A DNA stretch of 64,000 bases from an uncultured Verrucomicrobiae bacterium (GCA_963817685.1 CAWFPN010000027.1:31763-95762); one strand, 5' to 3'; positions 27,865-44,903 are shown, counted from the stretch's first letter. Notes: generated by a model not told the origin, from the sequence alone. Program-made: numbers and translations.

Positions 27865-27972
27865 ACTCCATTCGTTTGGGGGATGTCTAAGCCATAGAAG
27901 ACGTAAGGGAAAATCTGCTTACCTGTTTCTTCGAAAGAAAGACGGGAAACGGATTTTGCCGTCTTTATTTTT
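27865..27972 (+). ncRNA. Candidate ~108-nt small RNA or transcribed leader (unclassified)
   Basis: Bounded by the consensus promoter (predicted TSS near 27865) and an intrinsic terminator. Internal imperfect hairpin at 27897-27932 (GAAGA..GTAAG / CTTAC..TCTTC). I recognise no known RNA family. Confidence 0.35.
27938..27972 (+). terminator. Rho-independent terminator-like hairpin + T-tract
   Basis: AAAGACGG (27938-27945) pairs with CCGTCTTT (27959-27966) around a 13-nt loop, followed by TTTATTTTT (to 27972). Confidence 0.55.
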
Positions 27973-28029
27973 GTCGTTGCGAGAGAGGGCGGTAGAGAGT
28001 CGTTGGGGATGTTTGGCGATTCGTGGTTC

Positions 28030-28105
28030 GCCCACGTAGCTCAGTTGGTAGAGCACGTCCTTGGTAAGGACGAGGTCATCGGTTCAAACCCGATCGTGGG
28101 CTCCA
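28030..28105 (+). tRNA. tRNA-Thr (anticodon GGT), CCA encoded
   Basis: Acceptor GCCCACG/CGTGGGC, D-arm AGCTCAGTTGGTAGAGC, anticodon stem CGTCC/GGACG with loop TTGGTAA, T-arm GGTTCAAACCC. Confidence 0.93.
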
Positions 28106-28180
28106 GAAAACTAAAGGGACGTTGATGTAGGCGGACGACGAGATCAGGTTACATAATCTAGAGAGAGACAGGAGGAGAGC

Positions 28181-29376
28181 ATGGCCAAAGGTAAATTTGA
28201 ACGGACGAAACCACATCGCCAACGTCGGCACCATCGGTCACATCGACCATGGCAAGACGACGCTGACCGCCGCGCTGCTGCAGGTGTTGAGCAAACAGGG
28301 CAAGGCGGAGATCAAGAGCTACGCGGACATCGCCAAGGGCGGTACGGTGCGTGACGAGACCAAGACGGTGACGATCGCCGCGGCGCACGTCGAGTACGAG
28401 AGCGAGAAACGCCATTACGCTCACGTCGACTGCCCCGGCCATGCCGATTACGTGAAGAACATGATCACCGGCGCCGCGCAGATGGACGGCGCGATCCTGG
28501 TGGTCAGCGCCGCCGACGGCCCGATGCCGCAGACGCGCGAACACATTCTGCTGGCCCGCCAGGTCGGCGTGCCGGCGATTGTCGTCGCTTTGAACAAGGT
28601 GGACCTTGTTGACGATCCCGAACTGCTCGACCTCGTCGAACTCGAAGTGCGCGAGCTGTTGTCGGCGTACCAGTTCCCGGGCGACAAGACGCCGGTGATT
28701 CGCGTCAGCGCCTCGAAGGCGCTCGACGGCGATCCCGAGGCGGAGAAGCAATTGCTGGAGTTGGTCAAGGCGGTGGATGACTTCATCCCGCAGCCCACGC
28801 GCGAAATCGACAAGCCGTTCCTGATGCCGGTGGAAGACGTGTTCTCGATCACGGGCCGCGGCACGGTGGCCACGGGCCGTGTCGAGCGCGGCACGATCAA
28901 GGTCGGCGAAGAAGTCGAAATCGTCGGGTTGCGCGACACGCAGAAGACGGTCGTCACCGGCGTGGAAATGTTCCGCAAGCTGCTCGATCAGGCGGAAGCG
29001 GGCGACAACATCGGCGTGCTGTTGCGCGGCATTGAAAAGGAAGGCGATCGAGCGCGGCCAGGTGCTGGCCAAGCCCGGTTCGATCAAGCCGCACAAGCAA
29101 GTTCAAGGCGGAAGTGTACGTCCTGAGCAAGGAAGAAGGCGGCCGTCACACACCGTTCTTTAATGGATACCGGCCGCAGTTTTATTTCCGCACCACGGAC
29201 GTCACCGGCAGCATCGAAGTTGCCGGCGGGCGTGGAAATGGTGATGCCGGGCGACAACGTGAGCATGGAAGTCGAATTGATCACGCCCGATCGCGATGGA
29301 AAAGACGATGCGGTTCGCGATTCGCGAAGGCGGCCGAACGGTCGGCGCCGGCCGCGTGGCGGACATTATGGAGTAA
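28181..29376 (+). CDS. tuf: Elongation factor Tu, frame broken five times (+1 each) as assembled
   Basis: [12 protein letters not shown], then [19 protein letters not shown]... (ORF 28197..29126), [80 protein letters not shown] and [28 protein letters not shown] occupy successive frames. Sites near 28214-28218, 29043-29046, 29098-29101, 29216-29219 and 29286-29289. 1196 nt minus 5 gives 397 codons. Confidence 0.93.
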
Positions 29377-29405
29377 CGGCGGCATCGATCGGTTAGGAAC
29401 ACACG

Positions 29406-29561
29406 ATGGCGAGAGAAATCATTACGCTGGCCTGCACCGAGTGCAAGAGCCGCAACTACACGTCGACGCGGAACAAGAAGCAGGGTTCCGAGCGGCTGGA
29501 GTTGCGCAAGTTCTGCTCGAAGTGCGGGAAACATCTGCCGCACATCGCGAAACCAAGTTGA
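29406..29561 (+). CDS. rpmG: 50S ribosomal protein L33
   Basis: 51 codons, below the ORF-track cutoff: [51 protein letters not shown]. The canonical C-terminus HRETK is encoded in an alternative frame at 29543-29557. Confidence 0.85.
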   Translation: MAREIITLACTECKSRNYTSTRNKKQGSERLELRKFCSKCGKHLPHIAKPS

Positions 29562-29574
29562 CGTCGGATTGGAT

Positions 29575-29650
29575 ACGCCAGTAGCTCAATTGGCAGAGCG
29601 ACGGTCTCCAAAACCGTAGGTTGGGGGTTCAAGTCCCTCCTGGCGTGCCA
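29575..29650 (+). tRNA. tRNA-Trp (anticodon CCA), CCA encoded
   Basis: Acceptor ACGCCAG/CTGGCGT, anticodon stem ACGGT/ACCGT with loop CTCCAAA, T-arm GGTTCAAGTCC. Confidence 0.92.
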
Positions 29651-29675
29651 GTTTGCACGGCGGAAATAGAACACA

Positions 29676-29873
29676 ATGGCGAATCCACTTGTCAAAACAC
29701 GGGATTTTCTGGCGGAGGTCGTTGTCGAGCTGAAGAAGTCGGCATGGCCGACGCGCAGGGAGTTGGTGGATTCGACGATTGTGGTCATCGTCACGGTGTT
29801 GGTCCTCGGGATGTTCGTCGCGTTCGCGGACCTGGTGTTTTTGAAGTTTGTGTCGCTGCTCACGAAGTCGTAG
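29676..29873 (+). CDS. secE: Preprotein translocase subunit SecE
   Basis: 65 aa: KTRDFLAEVVVELKKSAWPTRRELVDSTIVVIV plus a single TM helix. Canonical position before nusG. Confidence 0.88.
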   Translation: MANPLVKTRDFLAEVVVELKKSAWPTRRELVDSTIVVIVTVLVLGMFVAFADLVFLKFVSLLTKS

Positions 29874-29888
29874 GAAGGATGACGGCCG

Positions 29889-30458
29889 ATGGTAGATCAA
29901 GAGCTTAAATCTGAATTCCAGTGGTTCGTGATCCACACGCTTTCTGGGCAGGAACAGAAGGTCAAGGACAGCATCGAAGGCGGCTCAAGGTCGAGGAGAT
30001 GACGGACCTGATCAAGGAAGTCCTGATCCCGACCGAGAAGGTGGCGGAGGTCAAGAAGGGCAAGAAGACGACCAGCACGCGCAAGTTTTATCCGGGCTAC
30101 ATCCTGGCGCACATGAAATTGCTGAATGAGAAGAACCAGCTGCGTTGAGCGGTCCTGGTATTTCATCCGCGATACGCCCGGCATCATTGGTTTCATCGGC
30201 GGGGAGCGTCCCGTGCCGTTGAAGCCGGACGAGGTGGACAGCATTCTGGCGCAGATCGAGGAGCGGCAGGAGAAGGTGGCGCCGAAGGTGGCCTTCGAGA
30301 CCGGCGAGGCGGTGAAGGTCACGGACGGACCGTTCCAGAATTTTACGGGCGTGATCGAGGAAGTCGACCCGGCCCGCGGCAAGTTGAAGATTTCAGTTTC
30401 CATTTTCGGGCGATCGACGCCGGTGGAGTTGGAATACTGGCAGGTCGAGCGGGCGTAA
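29889..30458 (+). CDS. nusG: Transcription termination/antitermination factor NusG, frame broken twice (-1 then +1) as assembled
   Basis: MVDQELKSEFQWFVIHTLSGQEQKVKDSIE, then RRLKVEEMTDLIKEVLIPTEKVAEVKKGKKTTSTRKFYPGYILAHMKLLNEKNQL (ORF 29921..30148), then ERSWYFIRDTPGIIGFIG...KOW...IFGRSTPVELEYWQVERA (ORF 30126..30458). Sites at 29976-29980 and 30145-30146. Confidence 0.9.
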
Positions 30459-30476
30459 TCATTAGATAGAGGACAT

Positions 30477-30908
<432 letters not shown>

Positions 30909-30920
30909 GCGGGAGTTATT

Positions 30921-31625
30921 ATGATCAATCACGGAAAACGATATAACGAGGCGGTCAAGCTGGTCGATCCGAAGCGCAACTACCTCATCGGCGAGGCGGT
31001 GGAGACGCTGAAGAAACTGCCCAAGACGAAATTCGACGAGTCCGTTGAATTGGCGTTTCACCTGGGCGTCGATGCCAAGCAGAGCGACCAGATGGTCCGC
31101 GGCACTGTCGCCTTGCCCCACGGCAGCGGCAAGAAGGTGCGCGTGGTCGTGTTCGCCAAGGGTACTGCGGCGCAGGCCGCAAAGGATGCCGGCGCGGACT
31201 TTGTCGGGTTTGAAGATCTGGTGAAGAAGTGCCAGGAGGGGTGGACGGATTTTGATGTGGCCATCGCGACGCCCGAGGCGATGCAGGAAGTCCGCAAGCT
31301 GGGCAAGGTGCTCGGGCCGAAGGGCCTGATGCCGAACCCGAAGACCGGCACGGTTACCGACGACACCGCCAAGGCCGTCAAGGAAGTCAAGGCGGGCCGC
31401 GTGGAGTTTAAGATGGACAAGGCGGGCAACGTGCACGTGGCGTTCGGCAAGCTGTCGTTCGAGCCGAAGGCGATTGAGGAAAACGCCAAGGCCGTGATCA
31501 ACGCGGTGATGCACGCCAAACCGCCCACGGCGAAAGGCCATTTTATCCAGAGTTGCACGCTGGCCAGCACGATGAGTCCCGGGTTGCGCGTGGATGTTCA
31601 CGAATTTACACCGAGCACGAGCTAG
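30921..31625 (+). CDS. rplA: 50S ribosomal protein L1
   Basis: 234-aa intact ORF with VELAFHLGVDAKQSDQMVRGTVALPHGSGK. Confidence 0.95.
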   Translation: MINHGKRYNEAVKLVDPKRNYLIGEAVETLKKLPKTKFDESVELAFHLGVDAKQSDQMVRGTVALPHGSGKKVRVVVFAKGTAAQAAKDAGADFVGFEDLVKKCQEGWTDFDVAIATPEAMQEVRKLGKVLGPKGLMPNPKTGTVTDDTAKAVKEVKAGRVEFKMDKAGNVHVAFGKLSFEPKAIEENAKAVINAVMHAKPPTAKGHFIQSCTLASTMSPGLRVDVHEFTPSTS

Positions 31626-31638
31626 AAGGCGGAATGTC

Positions 31639-32178
31639 ATGAGACAAGAAAAGAAATTGATCGCCGAAGAACTGAGCAAACAGGTCGGCTCGTCGCCCTT
31701 TATGCTGATGACCGATTACACGGGGATGACCGTCGCCCAGTTCTCCGATTTGCGGAAGAAACTGCGCGGGGCCAATGCCGAGTGCCACGTCGTCAAGAAC
31801 ACGATGTTGCGGCACGCGGCGAAGACGGCTGGACTCGGCGAGTTCGACGGGTCGCTGGGCGGCATGACGGCCATTGTCACCGGTTCGGAGAAATCCGACA
31901 TCAGCGCGGCGGCGAAGATTCTTAAGGAGTTCGGCAAGGAATTTCAACGGCCGAAAATCAAGATGGGTGTCATGGGCAGACAGCTGCTCAAGGCCGAGGA
32001 TGTGCTGGCGGTGGCGGATTTGCCGTCGCTGGACGCGTTGCGCGGGCAGTTGGTCGGCCTGTTGCAGACCCCGGCGACACGGTTGGCGGTGGTGCTGGGC
32101 GCGCCGGCCAGTCAGATTGCGCGTGTGTTGCAGGCGCGCGCGGACAAACAAGGCGCGGCGCAACCCGCCGCGGCATAG
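31639..32178 (+). CDS. rplJ: 50S ribosomal protein L10
   Basis: ORF 31594..32178 trimmed to ATG 31639. [16 protein letters not shown]...[18 protein letters not shown]. Confidence 0.92.
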   Translation: MRQEKKLIAEELSKQVGSSPFMLMTDYTGMTVAQFSDLRKKLRGANAECHVVKNTMLRHAAKTAGLGEFDGSLGGMTAIVTGSEKSDISAAAKILKEFGKEFQRPKIKMGVMGRQLLKAEDVLAVADLPSLDALRGQLVGLLQTPATRLAVVLGAPASQIARVLQARADKQGAAQPAAA

Positions 32179-32281
32179 CAGACAAAACAAATCAACGGGT
32201 TCCTCGTCGGGCTCGCGGCTTCGGCCCCCAATTGGTCCGAGGCTCCGGACCGCGACGATACCGACGGAAAGGCAGACGAAC

Positions 32282-32662
32282 ATGGCAGCGGATCTGGATC
32301 AAATCGTGGAACAATTGAGCGGGTTGACGGTCATTGAAGCCGCCCAGCTCTCGAAGAAACTGGAAGAGAAGTGGGGCGTCAGCGCGGCGGCCCCGGTCGC
32401 CATGGCGGCGGCGCCCGGCGGCGGCGCGGCGGCTCCGGCGGCGGAAGCCAAGACGACCTTCGATGTGGTTTTGAAGGAAGCGGGCGCGAACAAGATCGGC
32501 GTGATCAAGGAAGTGCGCGCGGTGACCAGCCTCGGCTTGAAGGAAGCCAAGGACCTGGTCGAAGGCGCACCGAAGACCGTGAAGGAAGGCGCCACAAAGG
32601 AAGAGGCCGAAGAGATCAAGAAGAAGCTCGAGGCGGCCGGCGCCAAAGTCGAATTGAAGTAA
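32282..32662 (+). CDS. rplL: 50S ribosomal protein L7/L12
   Basis: ATG 32282 within ORF 31874..32662. [33 protein letters not shown]...[32 protein letters not shown]. Confidence 0.95.
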   Translation: MAADLDQIVEQLSGLTVIEAAQLSKKLEEKWGVSAAAPVAMAAAPGGGAAAPAAEAKTTFDVVLKEAGANKIGVIKEVRAVTSLGLKEAKDLVEGAPKTVKEGATKEEAEEIKKKLEAAGAKVELK

Positions 32663-32693
32663 CCGCTAAACGCAATAACCAGTCGGTCAACGC

Positions 32694-32716
32694 GCCCCGG
32701 TCGCAGCGGCCGGGGC
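32694..32716 (+). other. GC-rich hairpin in the rplL-rpoB spacer (possible attenuator or processing site; no T-tract)
   Basis: GCCCCGG (32694-32700) pairs with CCGGGGC (32710-32716) around a 9-nt loop. Confidence 0.25.
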
Positions 32717-32743
32717 CAGGGCAGGAGTGCCCAGGAAGTGGCG

Positions 32744-36542
<3,799 letters not shown>

Positions 36543-36544
36543 TT

Positions 36545-39500
36545 ATGACCACCACAAAAGTTGCCCCTGCCATTCCGTCCGCCGCCGCGGCCACCGCCGC
36601 GGCCCGGGCCGCACTGGGCCTGGAAAAGACGGAAGCCTTTGATCACGTCAGCATTGGGGTCGCCTCGCCGGAGACGATCCGCAGTCCTGGTCGCACGGCG
36701 AAGTCAAGAACCCGGAGACGATCAACTATCGCACGTTCAAACCCGAGAAGGGCGGTTTGTTTTGCGAACGCATTTTCGGGCCTGTGCGCGACTGGGAATG
36801 CAATTGCGGCAAGTACAAGCGCATTAAGCACCGCGGCGTTATCTGTGATCGTTGCGGCGTGGAAGTGACGCTGGCCCGGGTGCGCCGCGAGCGCATGGGG
36901 CACATTGAACTGGCCGTGCCGGTCAGTCACATCTGGTTTTTCAAGGCGATGCCGTCCCGCGTGGGGTTGATGCTGGACATGACGGCGCGCGAACTTGAGC
37001 GCGTGTTGTATTACGAGGATTACATCGTCATCGACGAGGGCAAGACGCCGCTCAAGCCGAAGCAACTCCTGACCGAAATGGAGTATCGCGAGGCGCGCGA
37101 GCAATACGGCGACGGGTTCCTGGCCAAGATGGGTGCGGAAGCCGTGAAGGAATTGCTGACGAGGATTGATTTGCGCAAGCTGGGCCACGACCTCGAACAC
37201 CAGCTTGATTCCACCAAGAGCAAACAGATCCGCAAGAAGATCGCCAAACGCCTCAAGCTGGCGAAGGGTTTCCTTGCCTCGAAGATGCGGCCGGAGTGGA
37301 TGGTGCTGGAAGTGTTGCCCGTGATTCCACCGGACTTGCGTCCGCTGGTGCCGCTGGAAGGCGGACGGTTTGCGACGAGCGATCTGAACGATTTATACCG
37401 GCGCGTGATCAACCGGAACAACCGGTTGAAAAACCTGCTGCAACTCAAGACGCCGGACGTCATCATCCGCAACGAAAAACGGATGTTGCAGGAGGCGGTC
37501 GACGCGTTGCTCGATAACGGCCGCCACGGCCGTCCGGTGACGGGCGCCGGCGGGCGTTCCTTGAAGTCCCTGGCAGACATGCTTAAGGGCAAGCAAGGCC
37601 GGTTCCGCCAGAACCTGCTCGGCAAACGCGTGGATTACTCAGGCCGCTCGGTTATCGTGATCGGGCCGGAGCTGAAATTGAACCAGTGCGGGTTGCCGAA
37701 GAAGATGGCGCTGGTGTTGTTCGAGCCGTTTATCATCCGCAAACTGCGCGAGATGGGCCTGGTCCACACGATTCGCTCGGCCAAGAAAATGATCGAGCGC
37801 CAGTCGCCGGAGGTCTGGGACATCCTCGAAGAGGTCAGCAAAGGGCACCCGGTGCTGCTGAACCGCGCGCCGACGCTGCATCGTTTGTCGATCCAGGCGT
37901 TTGAGCCGTTGTTGATTGAAGGTGATGCGATCCGCATTCATCCGCTGGTTTGTACGGCGTACAATGCCGACTTTGACGGCGACCAGATGGCCGTGCACGT
38001 GCCGCTTTCCGTCGAAGCGCAACTGGAAGCCCGCATGCTGATGCTGGCGACTAACAATATTTTCTCGCCCTCCAGCGGCAAGCCGATCACCACGCCGACA
38101 CAGGACATCGCGCTGGGCATGTATTACCTGACCCATGGCGGCCGGCCGGTGCGCGCCGGGGAAGCGAAGGTATTGAAGCTGTTTTCCGACAAGGAAGAAG
38201 TTTTCTTTTGCCGCGATGAAGAAGACGTGACGATCCATGAACGGATTCGACTGAAGAACCCTGATTATGGCCGTCAGACCGTTTACGGTGATCCAGTTTC
38301 AAAAATTATTGAGACCACGGTGGGCCGGGTTATTTTCAATGAGATCTGGCCGGCGGAACTGGGATTCAACAACCGGGCGGTGGACAAATCCAAGCTCGGC
38401 GACATCATCTGGCAGTGCTATCGCACCGTGGGCCACGAGCGCACGGTGGAAGTGCTGGACAAACTCAAGACCCTCGGCTTCGACAGCGCCACCAAGGCGG
38501 GTATCTCCATCGGGATCGAAGACATGATCGTGCCGAAGGAGAAACAACAGGTCATTGGCGAAGCGCTCAAGGACGTGGCCGAGGTCGAGAAACAGTACCG
38601 CCGCGGTATCATCACGGACGGCGAGCGCTACAACAAGATCATCGACATCTGGACGCATGCCACCGACAAGATTTCCAACCTGATGTACGCGACGATGGAA
38701 CACAACGGCGGCAAGCCGGACCTGAATCCGGTGTTCATCATGGTGGACAGCAAGGCCCGCGGTTCGCGCCAGCAGATCCGTCAGTTGGCGGGCATGCGCG
38801 GGTTGATGGCCAAGCCGTCGGGCGAAATCATCGAGCGGCCGATTCTGTCGAATTTCCGCGAAGGCCTTAGTGTGCTGGAATATTTCATCTCGACGCACGG
38901 CGCCCGCAAAGGTCTGGCCGACACGGCGTTAAAGACCGCTGACTCGGGATATCTGACGCGCAAGCTTGTGGACGTGGCGCAGGATGTCATCGTGCAGGAA
39001 GAGGATTGCGGCACCGTCAACGGCATCGTGGTCAAGCCGATTTACGAAGGCGAGGACGAAGTGGTGCGGCTCAGCGAGCGTATTATCGGACGCATCGCCG
39101 CCGAAGACATTACGGACCCGATGACGAAGAAGAAAATCGTCAAGGCGAATACCGAGGTGGACGAAGCGGCGGCGGAAGCTGTCACCAAGCTCGGCATCGA
39201 GCGGGTCAAGATTCGATCGGTGCTGACCTGCGAATCCCGGCGCGGTGTATGCGCCATGTGCTATGGCCGTAATCTGGCGACCAGCAAGCTGGTCAAGATC
39301 GGCCAGGCGATCGGTATCATTGCCGCACAATCGATTGGTGAACCAGGCACGCAGCTCACGATGCGTACGTTTCATATCGGCGGTACGGCCAGCCAGGTGT
39401 TCAAGCAGCCGCAGATCAAGGCCAAGAACGACGGTATTCTCCGGTATCACGATCTGCGCGCGGTGCGCCGGATCGAAGGCAACTGGATCGTGCTGAACAA

Positions 39501-40731
39501 GAACGGCCAGGTCGCAATTTATAACGAAGAAGGTCGCGAATTGGAGCGCTACTCCGTGGTTGTAGGCGCCGAGATCGCCGTGGCGGATGGCGCTCCTGTC
39601 AAGAAGGGCGATACGTTCGTCCAGTGGGACCCGTACAATGTCCCCGTGCTTTCGGAACTGGCCGGCAACATTAAGTTCCATGACATCATTGAAGGCATCA
39701 CAATGCGCAAGGAACTTGATGAAGCCACTGGCCTGATGGGCACGGTCATCATCGAGCACAAGGAAGACCTGCACCCGCAGATCAATTTGGTCAACGAAAG
39801 CGGGGAAGTGCTCGCGTTCTACGCGATCCCAGCGGGCGCGCACATTGTGGTGGAGGAAGGCCATAAGATTCAAGCGGGCGCGCTTCTGGCCAAGACGCCG
39901 CGAAAAGTTTTTCGAACAAAGGACATCACCGGCGGTCTTCCGCGTGTAGCGGAGTTGTTCGAGGCGCGCCGTCCAAAGGACGCGGCGGAAATCGCGAAGA
40001 TCGACGGGATCGTTGATTTCGCGGGAACGGTGCGGGGCAAACGCCGTATTTTAGTGAAGGATCCAAAGACCAACGCCGAGGAGGAGCATCTGATCCCGCA
40101 CAGCAAACACATCATCGTGTTTCGCGGTGACGCGGTGAAGAAGGGCCAGCAGTTGACCGAAGGCCCAGTGGTGCCGCACGAGGTGTTGGAAGTCTGCGGT
40201 CCTCAGGATTTGCAGGAGTATCTGGTCAACGAAGTGCAGGAAGTTTATCGTCTGCAGGGTGTCGAGATCAACGACAAGCACATCGAGATCATCGTGCGGC
40301 AGATGCTGCGCAAGGTCCGGGTGGTTGATCCGGGCGACACACGCTTCCTCTGGGACGACCAGATTGACAAGATTACATTCGAAGAAGAGAACCGGCGGGT
40401 GACGGAGGCGGGAGGCAAACCCGCCGAGGCGCAGCCGGTGTTGCTGGGTATCACGAAGGCTTCTCTGGGGACGGAATCGTTCATCAGCGCCGCTTCGTTC
40501 CAGGACACAACGCGTATTTTGACCGAGGCGGCGACGCTTGGACGGGTGGACAATCTGCGCGGCTTCAAAGAAAACGTGATCATGGGGCACTTGATTCCTG
40601 CCGGGACGGGGTATTACAAGCATCGCAACGTGAAACTGGTGCCGCTGGGAGAACCGGTGGAACAGGCCGAACCATTGGAAATCCTCAAGGAGGAGAAGCC
40701 CACGGAAGAGGCTGCCCAGGCGGCGAATTGA
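36545..40731 (+). CDS. rpoC: DNA-directed RNA polymerase subunit beta', one -1 frame change near codon 47 as assembled
   Basis: [47 protein letters not shown] (ORF 36545..), then [45 protein letters not shown]... (frame of ORF 36757..40731, which contains [12 protein letters not shown]). Junction at 36683-36688. Confidence 0.94.
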
Positions 40732-40760
40732 GCGGAAACGTCGAGGGTGCCGAAAAGGGC

Positions 40761-40788
40761 TTGCGCAGCACGGGTACGTGTGATAATT
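40761..40788 (+). promoter_or_regulatory. Weak candidate internal promoter ahead of rpsL (TTGCGC ... TGtGATAAT)
   Basis: TTGCGC at 40761-40766. Extended -10-like TGTGATAAT ends at 40787. The spacer is 15-16 nt. Confidence 0.25.
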
Positions 40789-40827
40789 TTCGCGTTCCTT
40801 TGCGACAGGGCAAGAGGTTTTTAAAAG

Positions 40828-41226
40828 ATGCCAACGATTAATCAATTGGTGAGAAAGGGACGTTCGAGGTTGCAGGCGAAATCGAAAGCGCCGGCCTTGG
40901 GTAATTGTCCCCAGCGACGCGGCGTATGCCTGCAGGTGATGACTCGCACGCCGAAAAAACCGAATTCGGCGTTGCGTAAGGTCGCCAAAGTGCGGCTCAC
41001 CAACGGCGTTGAAGTCATCGCGTACATTCCCGATGAGGGACATAATTTGCAGGAGCACTCGATTGTGCTCGTGCGTGGCGGACGTGTGAAGGATTTGCCG
41101 GGTGTGCGTTACCACATTGTTCGCGGCACGCTTGACGCGATGGGTGTGGAAAAGCGTCGGCGCAGCCGCAGCAAGTATGGCGTGAAACGGCCCAAGGATG
41201 CGGCCGCACCGAAGGCGGCAGCCTAG
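40828..41226 (+). CDS. rpsL: 30S ribosomal protein S12
   Basis: 132 aa: [12 protein letters not shown]...[20 protein letters not shown]...[18 protein letters not shown]. Confidence 0.96.
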   Translation: MPTINQLVRKGRSRLQAKSKAPALGNCPQRRGVCLQVMTRTPKKPNSALRKVAKVRLTNGVEVIAYIPDEGHNLQEHSIVLVRGGRVKDLPGVRYHIVRGTLDAMGVEKRRRSRSKYGVKRPKDAAAPKAAA

Positions 41227-41238
41227 AGATTGGGAGTT

Positions 41239-41709
41239 ATGCGAAGACGAAGATCAGAAAAAAGAGTAAGGCCTGGCGATCCGCGGTTTAACAGTGCGTT
41301 GGTCACGCGGATGGTCAACACCGTGATGCGCGACGGTAAGAAGTCCGTCGCGGAGCGCGTGGTGTACGGGGCGTTCGATCTCATCAGCGAAAAGCTTAAG
41401 GACAAGAACCCGATTGATGTGTTGCAAGCCGCGATGGACAACGTGAAGCCGCGTTTGGAAGTGAAGTCGCGGCGTGTCGGCGGTGCGAACTATCAGGTGC
41501 CGATCGAAGTGTCGACGGATCGGCAGGAGGCATTGGCGTTGAGGTGGATGATTGATTACGCCAAGGCGCGCAAGGGCACGGCAATGATGCAGGCCCTGGC
41601 GTCCGAGATTGTGGATGCGTCGAACAACACGGGTGCGGCCGTTAAGAAGCGCGAAGACATGCACAAGATGGCGCAAGCCAATCGGGCCTTCGCCCACTAC
41701 CGCTGGTAG
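41239..41709 (+). CDS. rpsG: 30S ribosomal protein S7
   Basis: ORF 41230..41709 trimmed to ATG 41239 (GGGAG SD). [12 protein letters not shown] and [23 protein letters not shown]. Confidence 0.95.
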   Translation: MRRRRSEKRVRPGDPRFNSALVTRMVNTVMRDGKKSVAERVVYGAFDLISEKLKDKNPIDVLQAAMDNVKPRLEVKSRRVGGANYQVPIEVSTDRQEALALRWMIDYAKARKGTAMMQALASEIVDASNNTGAAVKKREDMHKMAQANRAFAHYRW

Positions 41710-41774
41710 TCCTGCAGCGCAATCACGAAGAGAACGGGAAACGGTATAACTTTCGTCACAGTTTAAGAACGGAC

Positions 41775-43932
<2,158 letters not shown>

Positions 43933-43936
<4 letters not shown>

Positions 43937-44241
43937 ACAATCAACGAATTCGCATTCGCCTCAAAGGCTACGACCATCGGCTGCTCGATCAGTCGGCCCA
44001 CGACATTGTCGAGACGGCCAAGCGCACCGGTGCCAAAGTGGCCGGCCCGATTCCGCTACCAACCGACATCTGGCGTCACACGGTCAACCGGTCGCCGCAC
44101 TGTGACAAGAAATCGATGGAGCAATTCGAAATGCGCACGCACAAGCGGTTGCTTGACATCATTGACCCGACGGCCAAGACGGTGGATGAGTTGAAGAAGT
44201 TGAACCTGCCGGCCGGCGTGGACATTACCATCAAGATTTAG
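43933..44241 (+). CDS. rpsJ: 30S ribosomal protein S10
   Basis: 102 aa: [44 protein letters not shown] overlap with fusA. Confidence 0.96.
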
Positions 44242-44243
44242 TC

Positions 44244-44903
44244 ATGGAACTGCTAGGCAAAAAAATCGGAATGACGCAGTTGTTCGATGCGAAGGGCAAT
44301 GTTGCCGGTGTGACCGTCGTCGAACTCGGTCCCTGCACGGTTCTGCAGAAGCGCACACCCGAGGCGGACGGCTATCATGCGTTGCAACTCGGGTTGGGCG
44401 AACGCAAGCCGAAGCATGCGACCAAGGCGCTGGCAGGCCATTGCAAGAAGGCCAATGCAGCGCCGGCGCGGTTTATTCGCGAGTGGCGCACCGATGAGGG
44501 CGTGGCGTTCAACGTCGGGGACAAGATCACAGTAAAGGAATTTCAGGCGGGCCAGTTTGTGGACGTTATTGCCACCAGCAAGGGCAAGGGATTTCAAGGT
44601 GTTGTGCGCCGGCATAAGTTTGCGGGTGGCGATATGACGCACGGGGCGAAGGGATGGCATCGCCGGGGTGGCGCCATCGGTCAGCGTCTGTTTCCCGGCC
44701 GCGTGTTCAAGAACATGAGGATGCCCGGCCACATGGGGCACACACGTATTACCACCCAGAACCTGCGAGTGGTACAGGTGCGCGAAGCGGACAATTTGAT
44801 CTTCATTGAAGGTTCGGTCCCTGGTCCGCGAGGAGCGTTTGTGATTGTACGGCATGCGAAGAAGAAAACCAAACCGGCAGCCAAGGCGGCATCGGCGACA
44901 TGA
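44244..44903 (+). CDS. rplC: 50S ribosomal protein L3
   Basis: 219 aa: LLGKKIGMTQLFDAKGNVAGVTVVE...KGKGFQGVVRRHKFAGG. Confidence 0.96.
   Translation: MELLGKKIGMTQLFDAKGNVAGVTVVELGPCTVLQKRTPEADGYHALQLGLGERKPKHATKALAGHCKKANAAPARFIREWRTDEGVAFNVGDKITVKEFQAGQFVDVIATSKGKGFQGVVRRHKFAGGDMTHGAKGWHRRGGAIGQRLFPGRVFKNMRMPGHMGHTRITTQNLRVVQVREADNLIFIEGSVPGPRGAFVIVRHAKKKTKPAAKAASAT

Noticed and set aside
27883-27897. Four-codon mini-ORF (MSKP*) inside the candidate sRNA
   Set aside because: The G-run that could serve as an SD lies directly against the ATG with no spacing. The ORF is too short to evaluate, so it is mentioned only as a possibility for a leader peptide.
28000-29660. Integrated mobile element or genomic island next to tRNA-Thr or tRNA-Trp
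   Set aside because: No integrase or transposase is present, there are no direct repeats of the tRNA 3' ends, and the flanking genes are the canonical tuf/rpmG/secE set.
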